A stretch of 64,000 nucleotides of DNA from an uncultured Clostridia bacterium (lineage in GTDB: Bacteria > Bacillota > Clostridia > TANB77 > CAG-465): assembly GCA_934149365.1 (NCBI GenBank), contig CAKPEI010000007.1, forward strand, positions 126 to 64,125, in the 5' to 3' direction. Shown piece by piece: positions 38,969 to 49,363 of the stretch (the first letter of the stretch is position 1; every line of letters starts with the position of its first letter). A program made the translations under genes and the position numbers. Below the pieces are notes generated by a model that saw nothing but the letters and a program-made list of their open reading frames with translations, was not told where the DNA came from and searched no databases.

Positions 38969-40153
38969 ATGAGAACAAAAGTTAAATTAAAAGGCGGAAT
39001 ATCATTAATAGTATTAGTAATAACAATAATAGTAATGATAATATTAGCCGCAGCAATAATTTTGTCACTATCAAATAGTGGAATAATAGGCAAGGCAAAT
39101 AAAGCAAAAACAGATAGTGATACAGCAAATTTAAAAGAGTATGTAAATACCCTAAGAGCAGAATGGGAGTTAATGACAGATGCAGAAAGATCAGTCAAAG
39201 CAAATTCATTTGAAGAATATGCAAACAAAAAGCTAGCTGATAATGGCTACAAAGGAGCAGTAGGAGCAGATGGAGAAGTATATTCAAACTTAAATGAAAA
39301 TGTAATGGCAGCAATAAGAGCAGGAATAAAGGTAGGAGATGTAGTAACAGGATATACAGTAACATCGACTACGTATACAACAGACGGAAGTGAAAATACA
39401 GCTTTAAACGGCTCAGAAACCAATCCACAATCACAAACAGTAACAGCAAATACTGCGCTAACATGGAAATACTTAGGAGTAAATGCAAATGGAGAGCTAG
39501 AAATAATGGCAGATTTAGGAGAAGAAGTTGCAGCAAATACTAAGGTAAATTTATCAGGAAAAGGTGGATACTTAAAAGGGCCAGGAATGTTAAATACAAT
39601 ATGTGAAAAGTTATATTCAAAAGAAGGAGTAGGAACAGCAAGAAGTATGAATATAGACGATGTAAATAATATATTAGGATATACAGGACCAAAAGGAAGT
39701 TATTCCGATACTAATTATAACACAGTAACAACAGCAGAACCATTAACAATAGGAGATATAGATAAGAAATTAGGAACATCACTAGGAAATACAACAACAA
39801 CACCAGATGGAAAAGCCTTATCCACATATTATGCAGATTGTTACTTTATAGATAAAACTAGCGGCAAAAAAGAGATGAAAAATCCAGGAAATGTAGATTT
39901 AGTATACAATGCTAAAAATGCGTACTGGCTTGCTTCTCCGTGTGTCAATGCGCTTTTTGGCGGCAGCTATGCGTACTTCTATGTGCGCTACGTTTACTCT
40001 GCTAGCGTGGACATGTGCGAAATGTTCTATTCGAATGACATCTCTAACTTCGATACGTTTGCGGTTCGCCCTGTGGTTTCTCTAAAATCTAATATCCAGT
40101 TAACACGAGATATTGGGGAAACAGAATGGAAAATAAAGCAGGCACAAAACTAG
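38969..40153 (+). CDS. pilin-like anchor / hypervariable C-terminal domain protein, paralog p4 (intact, most diverged)
   Basis: MRTKVKLKGGISLIVLVITIIVMIILAAAIILSLSNSGIIGKANKAK; C-terminal YWLASPCV..FYVRYVYS..FAVRPVVSL. Confidence 0.75.
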   Translation: MRTKVKLKGGISLIVLVITIIVMIILAAAIILSLSNSGIIGKANKAKTDSDTANLKEYVNTLRAEWELMTDAERSVKANSFEEYANKKLADNGYKGAVGADGEVYSNLNENVMAAIRAGIKVGDVVTGYTVTSTTYTTDGSENTALNGSETNPQSQTVTANTALTWKYLGVNANGELEIMADLGEEVAANTKVNLSGKGGYLKGPGMLNTICEKLYSKEGVGTARSMNIDDVNNILGYTGPKGSYSDTNYNTVTTAEPLTIGDIDKKLGTSLGNTTTTPDGKALSTYYADCYFIDKTSGKKEMKNPGNVDLVYNAKNAYWLASPCVNALFGGSYAYFYVRYVYSASVDMCEMFYSNDISNFDTFAVRPVVSLKSNIQLTRDIGETEWKIKQAQN

Positions 40154-40287
40154 GGAAAATTGGCGCTGGAGGGCTTTTTGTAGGGTGGCATCGGGGTCTC
40201 CCGCCAAAGCGGGAGAAATTATCATCCCTATATAGAACTGTAACAGTTGAATGCAGATGTTTTAGTTGACATATTTATATATTTAGT

Positions 40288-40322
40288 CATGTAGACACTC
40301 TCTCGTCTACATGGCTATTTTT
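40288..40322 (+). terminator. terminator in the conserved 3' module (catgtagac/gtctacatg + T-run)
   Basis: homologous to the 17792 hairpin, with compensatory base changes. Confidence 0.7.
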
Positions 40323-40408
40323 GTATTGGTGTATATTGCAAAATATTGTCGAATGTTGTATACTATAAAAGGATGATTAGACAACATAATTATTACTTGG
40401 GGGAATTA

Positions 40409-41947
40409 ATGAAGTTTATAAAAAAGATATTTAAGGTTATATTCGGTAGAACTACAATAGCACTTATTGCGTTATGTTTTCAACTAGCTATATTATATGT
40501 TAGTTACAAATTCTACCAAGAATATATAGGATATATATTTACTGGTTTTGTAATACTTAGTGCTTGTATTGTAATTTATATAATAAATGCAAAACAAAAC
40601 CCTGCTTTTAAACTTGCATGGATAATACCAGTATTAGTATTTCCGTTTTTTGGTGTAGCAATGTACTTGTTTGTAAAAACACAACAAGCTCCAAAAAGAA
40701 TAAATAAAAAAATAAAAAGAATATCAGGTGAAATGAATAAAAATTTAGAGCAAAATGAAAGTATTTTATCTGAGTTAAAAAATGAAAATTGTGATATCCA
40801 TAATTTAGCTTATTATATGCATAATGCAGGTAATTTTCCGGTATACAAAAATACAGATATTGAGTATTTTCCAGTAGGCGAAGTTAAGTTCAAAAAACTT
40901 ATAGAAGAATTAAAAAAAGCTGAAAAGTATATATTTATGGAGTATTTTATAATTGAAAAGAGCAAAATGTGGAATATCATACTTGAAATATTAGAAGAAA
41001 AAGTAAAACAGGGAGTAGAAGTCAGAGTGATGTATGATGGAATGTGCTCTATAGCTATGCTTCCTTGGAATTTCCCTGAAACTCTCAAGAAAAAGGGAAT
41101 AAATTGTAAAATATTTTCACCTATTGTACCAGCTCTTTCTACTTGTCAGAATAATAGAGACCATAGAAAAATTGTGGTTATTGATGGTAAAGTAGCTTTT
41201 ACAGGTGGAGTAAATATAGGGGACGAATATATAAATGAGTACGATAAATATGGGCATTGGAAAGATACATCTATAATGCTAAAGGGAGATGCAGTTAAAT
41301 CATTTGTACTTATGTTTTTGCAAATGTGGAGTATAGATGAGAAGACACTTAAAGATTATGAAAAATATATAAATACAGAAGAAAACTTAATTAAAAGCTC
41401 ATCATATGTAATACCTTATTCAGATAATCCATATGATGAGGATAATATAGGTGAGCAAGTATATATGGACATTATAAATACAGCGAAAAAATATGTTCAT
41501 ATAATGACACCATATTTGATATTAGATAATGAAATGATTATGGCACTAAAATATGCTGCTAAAAGAGGTGTAGATACTGTTATTATTATGCCTCACGTAC
41601 CAGATAAAATTTATGCGTATTTGCTTGCTAGGACATATTATGAGGAACTTTTGGAAGCAGGAGTTAAAATATATGAATACACACCTGGGTTTGTACATGC
41701 CAAGGTTTTTATAAGTGATGATGACGAAGCGGTTGTTGGAACTATTAATTTAGATTTTAGAAGTTTGTATCTCAATTTTGAATGTGCTGCATATATGTAT
41801 AGAAATAGTGCGATAAATTACATAGAAAAAGATTTTGAAAGGACGTTAGAAGAGTGTGAGAACATAACACTGGAAAATCATAAAAAGTACAGTGTTTTTA
41901 AGAAAATTATAGGAAGAATACTTAGATTGTTTGCTCCGCTTATGTAG
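40409..41947 (+). CDS. cls: cardiolipin synthase
   Basis: two PLD HKD motifs (HRKIVVIDG..., HAKVFISDD), 2 N-terminal TM helices. Confidence 0.85.
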   Translation: MKFIKKIFKVIFGRTTIALIALCFQLAILYVSYKFYQEYIGYIFTGFVILSACIVIYIINAKQNPAFKLAWIIPVLVFPFFGVAMYLFVKTQQAPKRINKKIKRISGEMNKNLEQNESILSELKNENCDIHNLAYYMHNAGNFPVYKNTDIEYFPVGEVKFKKLIEELKKAEKYIFMEYFIIEKSKMWNIILEILEEKVKQGVEVRVMYDGMCSIAMLPWNFPETLKKKGINCKIFSPIVPALSTCQNNRDHRKIVVIDGKVAFTGGVNIGDEYINEYDKYGHWKDTSIMLKGDAVKSFVLMFLQMWSIDEKTLKDYEKYINTEENLIKSSSYVIPYSDNPYDEDNIGEQVYMDIINTAKKYVHIMTPYLILDNEMIMALKYAAKRGVDTVIIMPHVPDKIYAYLLARTYYEELLEAGVKIYEYTPGFVHAKVFISDDDEAVVGTINLDFRSLYLNFECAAYMYRNSAINYIEKDFERTLEECENITLENHKKYSVFKKIIGRILRLFAPLM

Positions 41948-41962
41948 AAAGAAGGAATTAGT

Positions 41963-42583
41963 ATGAAGATGGAAAAACTAAAAAAATATTTTCTTCTGTT
42001 TGTAATGTATTCTGTAGTTGGCTGGCTTATGGAAATAACTCTAGCAGCAGTTTGTTTGAGAAAGTTTGTAAATAGAGGAGTGTTAGTGGGGCCATATCTT
42101 CCAATTTATGGTGTAGGATGTATGCTTATTTTACTTTTAGTTGAACGATTTAAAGATAAACCATGGGTACTTGTTTTATTTAGTATGCTTATATGTTCTG
42201 TTTTGGAATATGTTACTAGCTTTTTACTTGAAGTTATATTTAATACAAGATGGTGGGACTACTCAAACAGTTTGATTAATTTAAATGGTAGAATATGTTT
42301 AGAAACCACAGCATTATTTGGAATTTTAGGCGCATTAATAGTGTATGTAGTAAATCCATTATTTTTGAAACTTATAGATAAATTATCAGTTAAAACAATA
42401 AACATATTGTTTTATTCACTAGCTAGTATAATGCTTATAGATGCAGTTATGTCATTTACGTCTGTTTCTTTAATACGTAATAGTTTTGATGGAAATATAA
42501 AAGATACTACAGAGGAAGTATCACAAAATATGATTAGGTTTATAAAAAATATATTTGTTAAAATAAAGGAAGCAATCTGCTAA
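41963..42583 (+). CDS. hypothetical membrane protein
   Basis: 206 aa, 4-5 TM. Confidence 0.35.
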   Translation: MKMEKLKKYFLLFVMYSVVGWLMEITLAAVCLRKFVNRGVLVGPYLPIYGVGCMLILLLVERFKDKPWVLVLFSMLICSVLEYVTSFLLEVIFNTRWWDYSNSLINLNGRICLETTALFGILGALIVYVVNPLFLKLIDKLSVKTINILFYSLASIMLIDAVMSFTSVSLIRNSFDGNIKDTTEEVSQNMIRFIKNIFVKIKEAIC

Positions 42584-42614
42584 GGGAGATTGCTTCTAAA
42601 TATTTATTCTTTAA

Positions 42615-44027
42615 TTATAATAAATCGCTTAATTTAGTTATTGTTCCAGCTCCTATTGTAAGTACAATATCATTTGGCTCAATAATTTCTTTTATTTTCT
42701 TTGCAATATCTTCAAATGAACTTATATACATAGCATTTATTCCGTTTCTTACAAGTTCATCTGCAAGCATCTTTGAAGAAATAGTTTCATCAAAAGATTC
42801 TCTTGCTGCATAAATGTCTGTTAATATAACAAAATCAGCGTTGTTAAATGCATGAGCAAATTTATCAAATAACAATTTAGTTCTTGAATATGTATGAGGT
42901 TGAAATACAGCAATAACTCTATTTTTTGATTTGTTTCTTGCAGATTCTAAAGTTGCTTTGATTTCAGTTGGATGATGAGCGTAATCGTCATACACATTAA
43001 CATTATCACCAATTGTTTTTTTGTATTCAAATCTTCTACTTGCACCAGTAAAGTTTTCAATACCTTCTTTTGCTTTAAGTATATCCAAGTTGTTTGCGTA
43101 AATACTTCCAACAGTTGCAAGACTATTTGCTACATTATGCTTTCCAGGTGCATTAAGAGAAATATCAGTAACATATTTACCATTTATATATAAGTCGTAT
43201 TTGTAGCAACCATTTTCGTTAATTGCAATATTATCAGCATATAGATTAGCTGATTTATCTTTTAAAGAATATGTAAGAACTGTTATGTTATTTTCTTGTA
43301 TAAAGCTTTGTAAACTTAAAAGAACGTCATTACAATTTTCATCATCTTTATTAATTATTAATTTACCGTTTTTAGGTAGCATTGATATAAATTTTGTAAA
43401 TGATTGTTTTATTTGATTTATATCTTTAAAATAATCTAAATGTTCTTCTTCAATATTTAGTATTACAGCTGTTTCTGGTGGAAAGTTAAGAAAACTATCT
43501 ACATATTCGCAAGCTTCTAATACGAAATATTTATTTTCACCAATAAGGTAGTTCACATCCCCAAGTTCTTTTAATTTTGACCCCACAAGTACAGTAGGGT
43601 GAGTGTCAAGATGCATGAATGAGCTTGCTATCATAGAAGTTGTAGTTGTTTTTCCATGCATTCCTGCTATACATATAGGCTTTTCGTATTCTTTTAATAG
43701 TATCCCAATGAAAGGTGCTCTTTCAAGAGTTGGTTTGCCTATTTCGTGTGCATAAGAAAGTTCTTCATCACTATCTTTTATAGCTGCTGTATATACTATT
43801 AAATCAGCATCCTTTACTAAATCTTTGTTGTGACCTATGTGGACAGGGATATTTTCATTTCTTAATATTTTTATCATATCACCGTCAAAAGCATCCGAAC
43901 CAGTTACAGTAAAACCTGCTCTTTTTAGCATTACTGCAACTCCACTCATACTTACGCCACCTATACCAATCATGTGTATTTTATTTATATTTTTTAAATC
44001 GATATTTGTATTACTCAAAATAATCAC
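42615..44027 (-). CDS. murC: UDP-N-acetylmuramate--L-alanine ligase
   Basis: MIGIGGVSMSGVA N-terminal motif, Mur ligase central and C-terminal domains. Confidence 0.9.
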   Translation of the reverse strand: MIILSNTNIDLKNINKIHMIGIGGVSMSGVAVMLKRAGFTVTGSDAFDGDMIKILRNENIPVHIGHNKDLVKDADLIVYTAAIKDSDEELSYAHEIGKPTLERAPFIGILLKEYEKPICIAGMHGKTTTTSMIASSFMHLDTHPTVLVGSKLKELGDVNYLIGENKYFVLEACEYVDSFLNFPPETAVILNIEEEHLDYFKDINQIKQSFTKFISMLPKNGKLIINKDDENCNDVLLSLQSFIQENNITVLTYSLKDKSANLYADNIAINENGCYKYDLYINGKYVTDISLNAPGKHNVANSLATVGSIYANNLDILKAKEGIENFTGASRRFEYKKTIGDNVNVYDDYAHHPTEIKATLESARNKSKNRVIAVFQPHTYSRTKLLFDKFAHAFNNADFVILTDIYAARESFDETISSKMLADELVRNGINAMYISSFEDIAKKIKEIIEPNDIVLTIGAGTITKLSDLL

Positions 44028-44148
44028 TTCCTAATCAACATTATACTAAAATATATTTTGCATATCAATAATGAATGTGTAAAAAACTAATAAAATTTGC
44101 AAAATACATACATTTAGTATATAATATACAAAAATTGAGGTAGAGTTT

Positions 44149-45195
44149 ATGTGGTTTGAAAATGTAGTTATAATTCTTACTTGGTTTGTTATATTATCAG
44201 TTTGTTTAAAAAACTGTATAAAAACTAGAAATATTGCTAGTATAATATTTACAGCCTTTGATATACTGATTGGTTTAATATATTTTATGAGAAATATATT
44301 AGGAGTAGAGCTTACAAACGCATGGCAAGTGCTATTTATATTGTTTATGTATGTAATTCCACTTCTTAATTTATATGTGTATAGGAACGATATTGCAATA
44401 AAACAAAACATTATTTGTATTTTGGGTAAATTCTATTACAGCATGGGAAGATACGATATTGCAGCAAAGTTATACACTCATAGTATTAGAACAAATAAAA
44501 AAAATATAACATCAAACAATTATTATATTTTGGGTAGATGTTTAAGAAAAGAAAAAAGATATTCAGAGTCTAGAGATATGTTAATAGACGCAATAGAGCT
44601 AGATAAGACAAATTATATGGCATATTATGAGCTAGGACTTACTTTAGAAGAATCTGATAAAAAAGATACAGCCATTATAATGTTTAGCAATGCACTTAAA
44701 GCTAATCCTGAGTATAAAGAAGCTAAGATAGCGTTAGCTATTACATATTCTGAAATAGGAAGATATAAAGAAGCGATGGCTTTATATGAAGAATTAATAA
44801 AAGAAGAAAGCGCAAATGAAGAAGTTTGGTACAATTTAGGGAATATTTATTATTATAACCAAGGTGATAGTAATAAAGCAGAGGAATGCTATTTAAAAGC
44901 TACTGAAATAAATAACAAATTATATGTTGCTTGGTTTAACTTGGGAATAATAAATTATCTAAAGGGAGATTATGGACTTAGTATAAAGGCTTTTGAATTG
45001 GCAAGGCAAAATGATGCGTTAAAAGATAAGGCTGAGTTTAATCTTGCTAAGTGCTATGCAGCAATAAAGGAAAATGGTAAGGCTATAAAAATATTGTCTA
45101 AGCTTGTATCAACAAATGAAGAGTATACTTCTAAAATAAAAGATGAGATTGTTTTTGAAGAGATTTTACCAGATGTTATTGTAGAAGAAAATTAA
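44149..45195 (+). CDS. TPR-repeat protein with N-terminal membrane anchor
   Basis: multiple 34-aa TPR-like repeats (AYYELG, WYNLGNIYY, AWFNLG). Confidence 0.6.
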   Translation: MWFENVVIILTWFVILSVCLKNCIKTRNIASIIFTAFDILIGLIYFMRNILGVELTNAWQVLFILFMYVIPLLNLYVYRNDIAIKQNIICILGKFYYSMGRYDIAAKLYTHSIRTNKKNITSNNYYILGRCLRKEKRYSESRDMLIDAIELDKTNYMAYYELGLTLEESDKKDTAIIMFSNALKANPEYKEAKIALAITYSEIGRYKEAMALYEELIKEESANEEVWYNLGNIYYYNQGDSNKAEECYLKATEINNKLYVAWFNLGIINYLKGDYGLSIKAFELARQNDALKDKAEFNLAKCYAAIKENGKAIKILSKLVSTNEEYTSKIKDEIVFEEILPDVIVEEN

Positions 45196-45250
45196 TTATA
45201 AATGTAGACATTTGAAAAAAATTATGCTAATATATATTAGCATAAGATAT

Positions 45251-45333
45251 GCCGATGTGGCGGAACTGGCAGACGCACACGACTCAAAATCGTGCGGGAA
45301 ACCATGTGGGTTCGAGTCCCACCATCGGTACCA
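45251..45333 (+). tRNA. tRNA-Leu (anticodon CAA)
   Basis: acceptor stem GCCGATG/CATCGGT, anticodon loop cuCAAaa, long variable arm, TTCGAGT T-loop, encoded CCA. Confidence 0.8.
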
Positions 45334-45615
45334 TAGTTTATAGTGTTCGTAGAGAGCACTCTTTTTTTGACTTTTATGTGATATAAAAAACTTGATAAAT
45401 TCATTTAGTTATTAAGGAAAATGTGTAGAACGTTTAAAATATTGCTAAAATTATGTAAATATGATATACTTAGGACTGTTAAAAAAACATATCCTGTTTT
45501 ACGAGTCGTAATACAAAATAATTTTTGGGGAGGAGAGTAAAAAATCAAAAAGAATGTATAAGTAATTTGCTAGTATACTTATATAACTTAAAAACAAATT
45601 TGTTGAGGAGGAAAA

Positions 45616-46050
45616 GTGATGAAAAATCAGAATGTAAAGATATTTTTTGAGGTCATGGCAGGAGGAATATTAGCAATTTTTCTTATACTACCTGAAATGT
45701 TAATTTCCAAATTAATTTATGCAAATAGTCCTGAACATTATAGGTTTTGTGTTACAGTTATGATATTTATAACTTTACTTATTTATGTGATTGCTTCGAT
45801 AATAAGAACTGTAAGATATCTGAATGATTTTAAAAAATATAAACAAGAGGGATTGGAAAAAGCACACAAAGAACTAACGAAAGAGTCTAAGCCGGTTCGG
45901 TTGAATTATGCAGGAGCTATTTCTAAAGATTTGTTTAAATGTCAGGCTAGAATAGATGATGATGGAAAAATAGCTTGCAAAATTCAACTTGATTATGAGG
46001 TGAAATTGGGAAGCTATGAAGAGTTTTTTAATTTTTTTGACTTTGATTAA
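45616..46050 (+). CDS. hypothetical membrane protein
   Basis: 144 aa, 2 TM. Confidence 0.3.
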   Translation: MMKNQNVKIFFEVMAGGILAIFLILPEMLISKLIYANSPEHYRFCVTVMIFITLLIYVIASIIRTVRYLNDFKKYKQEGLEKAHKELTKESKPVRLNYAGAISKDLFKCQARIDDDGKIACKIQLDYEVKLGSYEEFFNFFDFD

Positions 46051-46467
46051 AGGGAAATGATGATAAAATGAGAGAATTTTTTGGATAATAATTCAAAGAG
46101 TTCTCTCATATTTTATACTTTGATTAATATAATCGGGCTTGAATGTAAATAATTAAATTTTTTTAAAAAAGTAATCAAAAATGCTTGCAAAAAAATATAA
46201 ATATGATATACTTAATTTGCAATGATAAATGATTGCATGTTGCTAATTTTTGTTTTTTGTTTCATATATTGAAACCTTTATGTATAGTCAGGCGGCCTTC
46301 CATCTGGCTATACTTTTTTGTTATGTAAATGTGCGTAATTGATTTATCATATAATTAGAGAAACATTACAAGGTCACAAGTTCTAATGACTACAAAAAAC
46401 TTTACTTTTAAACTTTTTTGTGTTATAATATACATGTAGTTTGAAGTACAGAAATGGGGGACGGAGT

Positions 46468-46998
46468 ATGTTTCATATAGGAGATAAAGTAGTATATCCA
46501 ATGCATGGAGCAGGAACAATTGAGTCAATAGAAGAAAAGGAAATGTTTGGAGATAAATCAGAATATTATATAATAAAAATGCCAATGAACGATATGAAGC
46601 TTATGGTGCCCACTAAAACAGCGGCTAACGTTGGAGTAAGAGAAGTATCAGATGGCAGTATCGCAGAAGAAGTATTCAAGGTATTAGAAAAACCAAAACA
46701 AGCTTATGTTCACGAGAATAATTGGAGTAAAAGATATAGAGCGAACGTTGATAAAATAAAATCAGGTGACATTTTGGAACTTGCTGATGTTGTAAGAGAT
46801 CTTTCACATAGACATATGGAAAGAGGACTTTCAACTGGTGAGAAAAAAATGCTTACATCTGCTAAAGAAATTTTAATAAGTGAACTTGTGTTAGCACAAG
46901 ATTTAGATCATAATTTAGTAGACGAAGAAATAGAAGAAAAAATAAAAGTGTCTTTTGATTTAGGAGAGGCAAATCAAGGACCAAGTGAACAGTTATAA
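46468..46998 (+). CDS. CarD/CdnL family RNA-polymerase-binding transcription regulator
   Basis: MFHIGDKVVYPMHGAGTIESIEE..; start set at the SD-preceded ATG 46468. Confidence 0.8.
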   Translation: MFHIGDKVVYPMHGAGTIESIEEKEMFGDKSEYYIIKMPMNDMKLMVPTKTAANVGVREVSDGSIAEEVFKVLEKPKQAYVHENNWSKRYRANVDKIKSGDILELADVVRDLSHRHMERGLSTGEKKMLTSAKEILISELVLAQDLDHNLVDEEIEEKIKVSFDLGEANQGPSEQL

Positions 46999-47077
46999 TA
47001 AAAATAAGATGTAGCGAAGTTATTGACTTCGCTATTATTGACTTTAAAAACTATAATGATATAATATACGTAAAATT

Positions 47078-47153
47078 GCTGGTGTAGCTCAGTTGGCAGA
47101 GCAATTGATTCGTAACCAATAGGTCGCCAGTTCGATTCTGGCCATCAGCTCCA
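47078..47153 (+). tRNA. tRNA-Thr (anticodon CGU)
   Basis: 76 nt cloverleaf. D-stem GCTC/GAGC, anticodon loop uuCGUaa, T-arm GCCAG/CTGGC with TTCGATT loop, encoded CCA. Confidence 0.8.
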
Positions 47154-47218
47154 GGAGAAAATCTCAAAAGAAGGAAAAAACAAATTACATTGGTTAATCT
47201 TTGAGTGTAATAATCCGA

Positions 47219-47245
47219 AACGCTCCCTTATTTAGGGAGCGCTTT
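47219..47245. terminator. terminator hairpin cgctccct/agggagcg
   Basis: 8-bp G+C-rich stem between the tRNA and the convergent minus-strand gene. Confidence 0.5.
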
Positions 47246-47268
47246 AATATTTTATGATAAATTTATTA

Positions 47269-47727
47269 TTAAATCTCATTTGTGCGATTTTTAATTAATT
47301 GTATCATTTCAAGTATAATATCTTTTTCTTGAAGACATATAATTCCACTTTCTGTGTATTTCATGCACATAGCATCCATTTCTTCTTTTGTTATATTAAG
47401 TCTTTGTGTGGCTTCACTTGTTATTGTGTAATATTCATTATTTACAAATTCCCAAAAAATAAATAACGCATCTAAAATATTCATTGTGATATTTTCATCT
47501 GTTTTAGAAAGAATAGCTTCAACTGAAGATTTTAAATTTTTTCTTCTTCCATCTACTACAAAATTATTATCTATATCAAAATCATATTTAGAAAGAGCTT
47601 TCTCTAATAAATCTAGTAACTCTTTTATTTCAGGTATTGTCATTGATTTTGACCATATTTTATTACTATCTGCTAAGTCTATAAATTTAGACCTTTTTAA
47701 GTAGTTCTTCTTTTTAAATATAAACAT
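47269..47727 (-). CDS. hypothetical protein
   Basis: 152 aa ORF. Confidence 0.3.
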   Translation of the reverse strand: MFIFKKKNYLKRSKFIDLADSNKIWSKSMTIPEIKELLDLLEKALSKYDFDIDNNFVVDGRRKNLKSSVEAILSKTDENITMNILDALFIFWEFVNNEYYTITSEATQRLNITKEEMDAMCMKYTESGIICLQEKDIILEMIQLIKNRTNEI

Positions 47728-47830
47728 ATTTATCTCTCCTCGTAATTATATAATTATTTTTAATTCATTTGATTAGTTTTTCAAAAGAATCTGCATAATG
47801 CTAAATTTAACAGTTAACAATATCGTTAAT

Positions 47831-48556
47831 TTATTTAGCTTGATACATTCTTTTTCTCTTAATTCTTTTTGCAATTGAAATAGGTAGTCTAGATATAATT
47901 GAGCCAACAACACCTATTGTTAAACTTAATATAATGAATGCAGCCATAGCTTGAGATTCAAAATTAAAATTGCTTAGTACTGTGTAATATAAATAGGAAA
48001 TTAGTGTTAGTATAAACACACGTAATAATGTAGAAATCTCTATCCTTTTCTTTGTAAATAGCAAAATAGCTAATACATTGAATATAATAATTGATACAAG
48101 TGCAGGTAAAGCAAGCCATTTTAAGTAGTTTAATTCATAAAGTGGCGCAATATATTCTTCAATAGCTATAATACTTCCAGATATAAAGAATAAAGTTAGA
48201 ATTACCCTTATAACAATTTTTTTAAATAGCCCTCCGTTTCTAGCTGGTGCGTATGGAATACCGTTTGCTACGCTACTACTGTAATATTTAGTATCTGATG
48301 AATTACATGAACCAGAGGCTCCCATTGCGCTAGTTAAGTTACCAGCACCATCTACGTGTACATCGCCAGGTGCCCTTAAGTTTCCAGATTCATCGATAAA
48401 CATATCACCTGGTGCTCTTAACTGTCCTGAAGCATCTATATAAAAGTCATTAGGGCCTCTTAATTGACCAGAATAGTCTATGTAAAAATCACCTTTTTTT
48501 CTTAATTGTCCAGAGGCATCAGTGAAAAACTCGTCTCCGTTTTGGTTATTTGCCAT
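47831..48556 (-). CDS. membrane protein with N-terminal tandem DASGQLRAPGD-type repeats
   Basis: 4-5 copies of a ~14-aa repeat (FYIDASGQLRAPGD), then 3-4 TM helices. Start at the SD-preceded MANNQ. Confidence 0.4.
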   Translation of the reverse strand: MANNQNGDEFFTDASGQLRKKGDFYIDYSGQLRGPNDFYIDASGQLRAPGDMFIDESGNLRAPGDVHVDGAGNLTSAMGASGSCNSSDTKYYSSSVANGIPYAPARNGGLFKKIVIRVILTLFFISGSIIAIEEYIAPLYELNYLKWLALPALVSIIIFNVLAILLFTKKRIEISTLLRVFILTLISYLYYTVLSNFNFESQAMAAFIILSLTIGVVGSIISRLPISIAKRIKRKRMYQAK

Positions 48557-48678
48557 ATAATCAACTCCTTTTAAAGGCATTATATCACATGTAATATATA
48601 AGTCAACATAAGAGAAGTATATATAATTCATATATTGTTATATATTACATATGTATTAGTGTAAGGGGGAATGTATCA

Positions 48679-49152
48679 GTGCAAAATACAAGAAATATAA
48701 ACAGTTACTTGCCACAAGCAATGGTAATTATAAAAGGAAGTGAAAAGTATAATAAAATAAATGGTAAAGCGTACTTGTATTCTTTTAAAAATGGCACAAT
48801 ATTTAAAGTTGAAATTGAAGGACTGCCTAATGTTAATAAAAATAACTTTTTTGGGTTTCATATACACGAAGGTCCTGAATGTGGTAGTGGTAAAGAAGAA
48901 AAACCTTTTGAGATTGCAGGAGATCATTTAAATCTTGAAAATGATAAACATCCAAATCACATAGGAGATTTACCAATGATATATTCAAATGGAGGATATG
49001 CATATATGGAATTTTTTACCAGTAGATTTAAACCAAGTGATGTAATAAATCATGTATTAATGATACATGAAAATATGGATGACCTAATGACTGACCCTGC
49101 TGGAAATTCTGGAGAAAGAATTGCATGCGGAAAAATAGTAAAGTATAAATAG
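48679..49152 (+). CDS. sodC: Cu/Zn superoxide dismutase-like protein (no signal peptide)
   Basis: GFHIHE.G.C, HPNHIGDLP, AGNSGERIACG motifs. GTG start with SD AAGGGGGA. Confidence 0.75.
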   Translation: MQNTRNINSYLPQAMVIIKGSEKYNKINGKAYLYSFKNGTIFKVEIEGLPNVNKNNFFGFHIHEGPECGSGKEEKPFEIAGDHLNLENDKHPNHIGDLPMIYSNGGYAYMEFFTSRFKPSDVINHVLMIHENMDDLMTDPAGNSGERIACGKIVKYK

Positions 49153-49363
49153 AAAAAGAAGCATAAGCATTGAAATAGCAGTGTTTATGCCGTTTTTATT
49201 GCTACATTATAGCTGAAATGCAGAGTTTTCTAAGTAAATGTGCAAATTGAAAAAAATATGTAACAAATATGTTACAAAATATGTAAAAAGACTTGAAATT
49301 ATTTAATTTTATTATATAATAAATGCAGAATAGATAACACGATTTATCGAGGAGGGGAACACT

